DNA of 54,784 nucleotides from a virus. Its lineage: Duplodnaviria; Caudoviricetes. Location: the IMG/VR virus record IMGVR_UViG_3300022932_000095, positions 1 through 54,784 of that record; one strand, given 5' to 3'. The position numbers and the translations under genes are program-made. This document shows, in pieces, positions 47,682 through 54,784 of this stretch (its first letter is position 1; the number at the start of each line of letters is the position of its first letter). The notes beneath the pieces are model-generated. The model was not told where the DNA came from. It saw only the letters and a list, made by a program, of their open reading frames with translations, and ran no database searches.

Positions 47682-48181
47682 GATTTCCCTTTCTTTATAT
47701 AATATACGCTGGTTTTGGTGACAAAATATATAGAGGCTATATAAGATACAGAGTGACCTTCTGAAATCATTTTTCTAATATTAATCACATCAGAAGCACA
47801 CAGCTTACTTCTTGGATTGTCGGATCCCTTATTTGATTTTATACCACTCCTGAAAGAGTGATTTACGTTTTCCTCTCTAGTACACCATGAGAGGTTATTT
47901 AATTTATTGTTATTTACATCACTATCTATATGGTTTACCTCTGGCTTACCTAGTTCATTTAATAAAAAAGACATAGCTACTAACCTATGTACTAAGAATT
48001 GTTTATTACTACCGTTGCTATATAATCTAACAGAATGGTAGCCTCTTGGCATTATCAAATGCTTTAATAACCTTGATCTGACTACGCCTAATCTGGGCAG
48101 GCTTTTTATGTTTCCGTAATCACTAACCTGATAAAGACCTTCATATCCAATTACATCTTTCCATATTTCGTTACTATCCAT
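47666..48181 (-). CDS. NUMOD4-HNH homing endonuclease-like protein
   Basis: EIWKDVIGYEGLYQVSDYG, VHRLVAMSF, VNHIDSDVNNNKLNNLSWCT..EN..H. Confidence 0.92.
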   Translation of the reverse strand: MDSNEIWKDVIGYEGLYQVSDYGNIKSLPRLGVVRSRLLKHLIMPRGYHSVRLYSNGSNKQFLVHRLVAMSFLLNELGKPEVNHIDSDVNNNKLNNLSWCTREENVNHSFRSGIKSNKGSDNPRSKLCASDVINIRKMISEGHSVSYIASIYFVTKTSVYYIKKGKSWIHI

Positions 48182-48572
48182 TTTTCACCTCCAGTTCTTG
48201 GCCTGTAAGACAGAAGTATAAGTTTTGCAATTGATGGACGTATTGAATATCTAAATTCAACTGGTGCTCACTATATTGATCGACAATATAAACCCATGGT
48301 TTAACACCTGTAACAACATGAAAATTTTCAGTAGGATGATCGAAATACCCTGTTTTTTCTCCAGAAGAATTTAAGAAAGCGAAAAAACCAAAATGCAACA
48401 ACCATTCATCTGTTATAGGCACTGGGGAAAGTTCATCTAAAGTGAATTCGTCACTATGACTAACCATAGTGACATAACCATGAGCGCCGTCTATTAAATC
48501 AACAATACCAATTGAGTTAAACCACCAATTAAATTTTATTATATTCCCGATTCTTAATTCTTGTATATTCAT
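48174..48572 (-). CDS. Conserved hypothetical phage protein (paralogue of 35338-35730)
   Basis: ELRIGN..PVPITDEWLLHFGF..VHQLQNLYFCLTGQEL. Confidence 0.75.
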   Translation of the reverse strand: MNIQELRIGNIIKFNWWFNSIGIVDLIDGAHGYVTMVSHSDEFTLDELSPVPITDEWLLHFGFFAFLNSSGEKTGYFDHPTENFHVVTGVKPWVYIVDQYSEHQLNLDIQYVHQLQNLYFCLTGQELEVKNG

Positions 48573-48602
48573 ATGTTGCCAATTATTTTATAGGGATATT
48601 TA

Positions 48603-48788
48603 TCATATTTGACCCTGTATTTTAATGCCGTTTTTATGAGCTATAGAGAAGAGGCGATTCTGAATATCATGAATATCTCTTGCTGTCTCCTGTTCATCGG
48701 CTGGATGTTTGTCGGTTATAGAGACAATAGTGTTCCAAAGATCGACAGTCAAATCCATTGCCTTATTTAATTCTTGTTCATTTTTCAT
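48603..48788 (-). CDS. Hypothetical protein
   Basis: ATG ORF downstream of a minus-strand TAAATTTG box (48809-48816). Confidence 0.55.
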   Translation of the reverse strand: MKNEQELNKAMDLTVDLWNTIVSITDKHPADEQETARDIHDIQNRLFSIAHKNGIKIQGQI

Positions 48789-49188
48789 ATTTCTAATATT
48801 AATTTATACAAATTTAGTTTATTGATTTTTTAATAAAAACTCAGCTATATGATGTGATATGTATCCTACGCACGTTCCAACTATGAACGCCATTAATAAG
48901 CTACCATTTTGCTTTATTGCCGGATGAATTAAAAACATTGTCACAAATAATATTGACAACGACAATGATAAGTGCTCTATTCTGTTTTTCATAATGTTAA
49001 TATTTATTAATGTATTTTGCTATTCGAAATGACATATGAAACAATACCGCTCCAACTAAAAACTTAGTCAATAGTCCGCCTATATGGTTAACATCCATAT
49101 AATATAAAATAATCATCAAAATGACATGGATAAGGATTACGTAAAAGATATGGTATTGTTTCATAATTCAAACTTAATCAATTAACAT

Positions 49189-49476
49189 TTACTGTTTTGT
49201 AACATTGTCGTTGCCTGGTTCATAATATTCAATGTATGCTTCTACATTTCGATCCTTGACTTTTATTTTGACAGGGCCCATGTGGAGAATCACCTTTCCG
49301 TCAAGGGACAAATACCGAACTGCATTGTCGTTGTCTTGACTCATACTTACCCTGCTAAGTAAACCAAAATAATCATCTGATTTACAGTCGAAACCGTTCT
49401 TTAATAGACATGTTTCTATTACTTGTTGCATTCCGTCTTTGATGTTTACGTCTACATCTATTGTTAATTTTGCCAT
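49189..49476 (-). CDS. Hypothetical protein
   Basis: Directly follows the GT gene. Confidence 0.6.
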   Translation of the reverse strand: MAKLTIDVDVNIKDGMQQVIETCLLKNGFDCKSDDYFGLLSRVSMSQDNDNAVRYLSLDGKVILHMGPVKIKVKDRNVEAYIEYYEPGNDNVTKQ

Positions 49477-49477
49477 A

Positions 49478-50788
49478 TTATATTTGTTTTAATCTCCATT
49501 GTTTAAAGGCTGGGTTGTCGTGAAACAAATTCCTTCCATATTTATTATTGAATCTGTCACAGTGCGCCCAAGTCAAATTATCTCTTTCTTCTTGGTTGGC
49601 TCTATTTAAAGTCTCAGACCCAAGATGTGTAACGAATGAATTGACAACAAGCATTGGATCAACACCTAGCTCAGAACACTTCTCAATAGTGCTGTTGTCG
49701 GCGAACCAGAACGGGAAACATTCATCAAATCCGCCTATTTCATCAAACAAGCATCGCTTTATCATAAAGGCCCACCCGCTGAAATTTCTTCCACATTTGA
49801 CTCCTATTTCATTTTCAGTTATACATTTTTGCCTGTAATCATTGGGGCATTTAGGAGATACAAGTGGATATCCAGCAATAAGTAACTGATGAAGCCACCC
49901 GCTGTGAAACACTAAATCATTGTTACATATCATTATCCACTCAGCAGACCCTTTACGTGCTCCTATGTTTGAAAATTGGTTGTAGTTGAAGGGGCAATCT
50001 ATGTAATGCGTTGTAGCGTTTCTATAATTTTCTATCTCTGTGTTCTGCTCGATAACGATAATATTTACCGGCAAAGAATTAGCTCCAGCCAAGCATGAGT
50101 TTATAGCATTCTGAGTCATCCTGTACATTCTTGCATCTTTTGCGAACGATAAAAACACAATATCTACTACAGGAGTCTGATTTCTTACTCTGATGTTCGG
50201 AGACAAATGAGCTTGTGTCTCTGTTGTATCCGAATTAAAGTCATAAAAATATAAAACCTTATCAATTACGAATTCAGTCTTTAGATTCGGTAAAAGCAGC
50301 TTACTATATGCAGAATCTTCACCATATGCTATACCGGGGAAACTTGACTTTAATGATACTTCTCTCTTAATGCAAGGTATGTGATTGGGTATTCTATAAT
50401 AAGCTTCATCGGTATTGTAATCACGGTTAAACTCTTTACTGTAGTAGCAAGGCTTTGGATCTCCACCATTAAGCGATACCATGGCCGTGAAAGATACGCA
50501 GTCTGCATCCGAATGAGTGGCATCAAGTAGCGATTTAATATAATCATCACTTATCCTATCATCATCATCAACAAAGGCAATATATTTCCCCTGTGCAATG
50601 TCAACCATTTTATTTCTTTTTTCGCCCAGGGTAATTTTCTTGTTGTCTGTTAAGATAATAATCTCAACTTGATTCTGATCGAACTCTGACAGAGAATTGT
50701 ATTGACTAAATATTTGTTCTTGTATTTTAGGCAAGAACGTGTTGTATCTGGTATGTGTTGAAGGTATTAATATAGATAGTTTTATCAT
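49478..50788 (-). CDS. Two-domain glycosyltransferase (tandem GT2-like)
   Basis: Domain 1: LSILIPS..LGEKRN..YIAFVDDDD..GED. Domain 2: VDIVFLS..FNYNQFSNIG..ICNND..IGGFDE..WFAD. Confidence 0.9.
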   Translation of the reverse strand: MIKLSILIPSTHTRYNTFLPKIQEQIFSQYNSLSEFDQNQVEIIILTDNKKITLGEKRNKMVDIAQGKYIAFVDDDDRISDDYIKSLLDATHSDADCVSFTAMVSLNGGDPKPCYYSKEFNRDYNTDEAYYRIPNHIPCIKREVSLKSSFPGIAYGEDSAYSKLLLPNLKTEFVIDKVLYFYDFNSDTTETQAHLSPNIRVRNQTPVVDIVFLSFAKDARMYRMTQNAINSCLAGANSLPVNIIVIEQNTEIENYRNATTHYIDCPFNYNQFSNIGARKGSAEWIMICNNDLVFHSGWLHQLLIAGYPLVSPKCPNDYRQKCITENEIGVKCGRNFSGWAFMIKRCLFDEIGGFDECFPFWFADNSTIEKCSELGVDPMLVVNSFVTHLGSETLNRANQEERDNLTWAHCDRFNNKYGRNLFHDNPAFKQWRLKQI

Positions 50789-50793
50789 TTCAA

Positions 50794-52136
50794 TTAAGAT
50801 GTCTTACTTGCGTGAATATCGTTGTGGTTTCCTCCTGTGTCAGTCGTGAAAATGTTAAATACACCTCTTAACACAACATCCTCCTCTGACTTTAAGCATA
50901 ATCCTATAATTTTTCTACCTAGTAATTCCGCTAAAGGAGAACCAAAAACATATTTAGTATTATCCCTGTTATTTTCTTTTTCCTGTTCAACCAGCCCTAT
51001 TAACCGGACAATTTCGTAGTGATGATAGTTTATGTGAGATAATATTTGGTTCCCAACAGCACGATGTAAAAGCTTCCTATGTTTTGATATTTCCTGATTT
51101 AGTTCTTGAATGGTTTTCATTTCTTCTTTTTTATGTTACTAACATCAACAACATGAGTACCTGGATGATGGTTATAGACTATTTTCTTGTTTTTATTATT
51201 AGGGTCTAACTTCTTGCCTTTAGATTCGTGCCCTATATGATTGCAGTTACAATCTGGACAATGATATGCAACAAGACGACGGCCTCCTAATTTGTTCATG
51301 CTTACTGCTGCCCTTCCTGCTTCCTCTTTGGTGTCGTATTTAGTTTTACCTGAACATTGGTTTTCGGATCTTATCATTTCGGTTTATATATTTTGAATAT
51401 CCACGAGGATGAATCGTATTCGTAATTATTTTCTATGCAGAATAGTATAAGAGCGTCACGAATATCATCAGAAGATGCTATGGTTTTAAAAATATAATCA
51501 TTAGAAATACTAAAGCATTCGCTAATTTTCAGGATATAGCCATCAGTCATAGTCCTTTTCAGCCGAATTTTTATTTTGTCTTCATCTTCTATTTTTAATT
51601 ACATCTAGTAAAATAAATACTTTCTGGAATATTGATACCCAACGCACAATCATTCTTAACTCCAGTTTCATTTATTGAAGTCAATTTATCCACTTCGATC
51701 CAATTCCTGGCTGTTAAAGGTAAGTTTGACGCATACATATCATGGTATGAAGCCATGCAATTAGATATTACAGAACCAAATTCTCTATGCATCCTTTCTC
51801 TGAAATAATACACCTGTTTATTCCTTTCTTCTGCCATCATAATTTCATGTTTCTTTTTTGAAGTTACATCTTTCACATTACTTTTCTGTAATTTGTAAGA
51901 CCCATAAACCACTACTAAGACTAAAAAAACTTGTATCATATAAATTAATTTAAATCTATTAAACCCAACATTGTAGCTTTACACTCATTCTTATTCGGCA
52001 GCCTACCATATCTTAAGTAGAATTTATTAAGACCGCTATAACTTATATTATTTGATGATACGAATAATGATATTGATTCCTCGCTCATTGAAGTTATTCT
52101 TTTTATTTCTGATATTAAATATTCGAATTCTATCAT
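50794..52136 (-). other. Small hypothetical genes (50794-51120, 51117-51377 with C..K..YHCPDC..H Zn motif, 51595-51939, 51945-52136)
   Basis: Coupled minus-strand ORFs. Confidence 0.65.
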
Positions 52137-52137
52137 G

Positions 52138-52335
52138 TTATTGGATTTTTTTCCATATTTCCACTCTGTTTATTTCGTAGCCGAATTTTTTCATAAAACG
52201 TTCTATAGTCTGCCATTTAGCTGCTCCAGACTCAATGTTGCGTATCGTATGGGTATACGTGCTCTGTGGCATACCGGCCTCTATGTAAGGCTTAGTCCTA
52301 CCTTTTATTTCGCTTAATGCCTCTTTTAAAACCAT
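52138..52335 (-). CDS. XRE/Cro-like HTH protein heading the inverted island
   Basis: AGMPQSTY..IRNIESG..WQTIERFMKKFGY. Confidence 0.6.
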   Translation of the reverse strand: MVLKEALSEIKGRTKPYIEAGMPQSTYTHTIRNIESGAAKWQTIERFMKKFGYEINRVEIWKKIQ

Positions 52336-52418
52336 GAAACAAATGTGCATTTAAATATTTAAATATGCAAATAATTTATTTGTATCATTTTTGTTACGTT
52401 ATGCGTACTTTTACCACA

Positions 52419-52550
52419 ATGAAGCAATCAAAGGAAAAAACAGAGGCAGAAAAAACAATTGAAAAGTTGAAAGAAAAGTCTTTACCTAAAGAGGCTCAGG
52501 AGGCTATCCGTAAAAAACAAGTCTACATAAACAGAGAGGTAAACAAATGA
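52419..52550 (+). CDS. Small basic protein
   Basis: ATGA-coupled to the protease gene. Confidence 0.5.
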   Translation: MKQSKEKTEAEKTIEKLKEKSLPKEAQEAIRKKQVYINREVNK

Positions 52551-53374
52551 TATTCTGTAAAGAACTAGGTAAATCTTTCGACACCAAAGAATTGATGTTT
52601 AAGGAGATTAAAAAAAATCTACCTGAAATTATTCGTTTAAAAAAAGAACAGGTTTACGAATCCAGGAATAAAGGTGTTGGAGTCTCTTTACATATACTAG
52701 ATAACTCTAAGTTAGCTACATCTACAGGAAAGGTAAGTTTTGAAACTGATGACGATCATTATTATATAGCAGTAAACACCTGTTTAGTTTTAGACTCTCA
52801 TGGTGACCTGCATGACGAAAATTGCTGGAATGATAGCGTAGTAACTGAGCAAGGTAAAAATTACCTGGTTTTAGACCACGTTCTATCTGTATTAAATACA
52901 GTTGTTAAAAAGGCTTACATAGAGCAGTTTGTGGCGACTATACCCTTTGCCTCAGTTGGTAAAAATTACACAGGTGACACACAAGCGTTGATATATAAGT
53001 TCAGAAAGGACTCTGTTATAAATCAAATAGCTAAAGACTGGTTAGAATCAAATGACGACATAGAGGCTTCTGTTAGAATGATGTATGATGACATTGAATT
53101 TGCACTGGATAGTAACGATCCAGATTATAGGGACTTAAAAACCTTGTATGATTCGTATTTCCCAAAGATAGCTAACAGCTCTGATTTTGAGTATATACCA
53201 TACTTTTTCATTGTAAAAAAAGCAACAAACGTTCGTGAAAGCTCACTGGTTCTTGCAGGCAGTAACCCGGCAACAGGGCCGATAATCATAACTATACCGG
53301 AAGAACAGAAAAATATTGACCCGCTACAGAGCAGTCAAAAACAAAAATCAAATTTTTACACACTTATTCATTAA
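52547..53374 (+). CDS. Prohead protease-like protein
   Basis: LDSHGDLH, LVLDH, ASVRM, ESSLVLAGSNPAT; directly upstream of the capsid gene. Confidence 0.8.
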   Translation: MIFCKELGKSFDTKELMFKEIKKNLPEIIRLKKEQVYESRNKGVGVSLHILDNSKLATSTGKVSFETDDDHYYIAVNTCLVLDSHGDLHDENCWNDSVVTEQGKNYLVLDHVLSVLNTVVKKAYIEQFVATIPFASVGKNYTGDTQALIYKFRKDSVINQIAKDWLESNDDIEASVRMMYDDIEFALDSNDPDYRDLKTLYDSYFPKIANSSDFEYIPYFFIVKKATNVRESSLVLAGSNPATGPIIITIPEEQKNIDPLQSSQKQKSNFYTLIH

Positions 53375-53377
53375 AAA

Positions 53378-54670
53378 ATGGACTTGAAAAACTTCAAAGT
53401 GCTTTCTAAAGACCAATACGACGCTCTGTCAGAAAGGGAACAAGTAAAGTACGAAATTCAACTTGAATCCTTTAAGGAGCAAGAACAATTAAGAATCGCC
53501 AAAGAAGCTGCCACATCAGCAGTAGAAGCGGTTAGAGCAGATCTAATTAAAGAAAATAAAGACTTATTAGAGCAGCTTACAAAAGATAACGCAGATAAAC
53601 TGAAAGAACTTTCTGAAAAGCACAAGCTTGACATGGAAGAATTGGAAGTTGCTTTAAAGCGAAATAAGATTGCAGACATCGGTAATCGTATGAAAGGTTT
53701 TTCTGAGCATATCGTTGAAAAACTTTCTACAGAGGATGGTGAAAACATGCTCAAGAGCTTTTTCAAAGGACAGCGTGAGGCTTTAAACCTTGATGTAGAT
53801 GCAGATGCTCTAAAAGCTCCAATTAGCGTACCGGCTGGTTCTGTTGCTCCAGAGTTCTTGCCTATTGTTGGGCCTGGTCACGATGATATTCATGCAAGAA
53901 ATGCTATTCCCGTATTCCCTACTATAGCGGATGTTGTTAAATTTGTTCAATTCACTACTACGAATCCTACAGCTGGATTTGCTACAGTTGGAGTGGGGCA
54001 AGCTAAACCCGAATTAGCATATGTGTCTGCTTTAAGAGAGGCACCTGTTCGTAAAATTGCAGGTTGGCTGGATATTCCTGACGAGGTTATGGACGATGTT
54101 GCCGGATTCAGAGCGTGGATCGCGTACGAGCTTCCAAAAGCCTATCTAGATGCAGAAGATTACATGTTCTTTAAAGGTTCAGGTACTGGAATTAATATTC
54201 TAGGGTTATGGACTCAGGCGGGTACTCAAACTTTACCTTTCGGATCGGTAACAGACTTATCTAATGAGTGGGATAAATTAATGGCTGCCATTACTGAGAT
54301 TAGAACCAAAAAGCGTGCTACATCAGCAGCTTTTGTATCGCCCTTATTCTATATGGAATTATGGATTAACAAGGGTACTGGTTCAGGAGAATATACTTAC
54401 CCTATCGTTATGGGTGACAATGGTGTGCTTTACGTAGGCGGAGTTCCGATCTACTGGAGTAATGTTTTTGTTAACTATGAGGGCTTGGTTGGTGATTTCG
54501 CTAGAGGCGCATCAATCCACCAACGTAAAGCAATGAACATTGCTTATTCTGCTGAGAACAAAGATAACTTTATTACAAATATTGTTACTATCCGTTTAGA
54601 GGGTCGTGTTGCGTTAGCAATCAGAGTTCCTGAGGCTTTCTTAAGATTAAGAGACACGCTTACCTCTTAA
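53378..54670 (+). CDS. Major capsid protein (HK97 fold, N-terminal scaffold domain)
   Basis: Coiled-coil N-terminus, VRKIAGW..EVMDD, LVGDF, F..N.VTIRLEGRVALAIRVPEAF. Confidence 0.93.
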   Translation: MDLKNFKVLSKDQYDALSEREQVKYEIQLESFKEQEQLRIAKEAATSAVEAVRADLIKENKDLLEQLTKDNADKLKELSEKHKLDMEELEVALKRNKIADIGNRMKGFSEHIVEKLSTEDGENMLKSFFKGQREALNLDVDADALKAPISVPAGSVAPEFLPIVGPGHDDIHARNAIPVFPTIADVVKFVQFTTTNPTAGFATVGVGQAKPELAYVSALREAPVRKIAGWLDIPDEVMDDVAGFRAWIAYELPKAYLDAEDYMFFKGSGTGINILGLWTQAGTQTLPFGSVTDLSNEWDKLMAAITEIRTKKRATSAAFVSPLFYMELWINKGTGSGEYTYPIVMGDNGVLYVGGVPIYWSNVFVNYEGLVGDFARGASIHQRKAMNIAYSAENKDNFITNIVTIRLEGRVALAIRVPEAFLRLRDTLTS

Positions 54671-54784
54671 TTTAGGTAACTATATACGAGTTGGTACAAA
54701 TATAATATGAAAACCGGGTTAGATGCCCGGTTTTCAATGTTTAAAATACTTATATTTATGACATTTACATTATTAGGGTATAGG
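54671..54784 (+). repeat. 114-bp direct repeat, copy 2 (start of a second IS1595 end at 54675, cut by the window end)
   Basis: Identical by eye to 4286-4399. Confidence 0.97.

Larger units (their letters stand above)
7740..54674. mobile_element. Siphovirus-like phage/prophage, circularly permuted, 46.9 kb, no recognisable integrase
   Basis: Head, neck, tail, lysis, replication and packaging modules all present. The order is broken between major capsid (right end) and head-tail connector (left end). Confidence 0.93.

Noticed and set aside
9153-54001. Many antisense ORFs within long phage genes (e.g. 9153-9455, 16791-17207, 25012-25434, 32038-32448, 34638-35057, 53458-53766)
   Set aside because: Shadow frames of well-supported genes with no recognisable motifs.
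54671-54784. 114-bp repeat as a classical attL/attR core or phage terminal repeat
   Set aside because: Apart from 4 bp of TTTA it begins at the IS1595 inverted repeat, lies between capsid and neck genes, and no integrase is adjacent. It is better explained as a second IS end.

Overview
The window has three parts. (1) 1-4289 is host DNA: a Bacteroidetes-type NRPS gene (A domain with an inserted FkbM-type methyltransferase, then PCP and C), followed by a second A-domain gene cut off at 4289. (2) 4290-7739 is a 3.45-kb IS1595-family element with 23-bp imperfect terminal inverted repeats, a DDE transposase, envelope-protein cargo and a structured antisense-type RNA. (3) 7740-54674 is an apparently complete, circularly permuted ~46.9-kb siphovirus-like genome: neck, tail, lysis, early genes, recombination, replication, terminase, portal, an inverted glycosyltransferase island, prohead protease and HK97-type major capsid. 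Immediately after the capsid stop codon the same IS end begins again (4286-4399 = 54671-54784, 114 bp, running off the window). I could not recognise an integrase, att core, CI repressor or partition gene. The most notable reading is an integrase-less phage inserted into an NRPS gene as an IS1595-flanked cointegrate. An assembly join through a repeated IS cannot be excluded from this window alone. All product calls come from motifs and gene order read by eye; no database searches were run.
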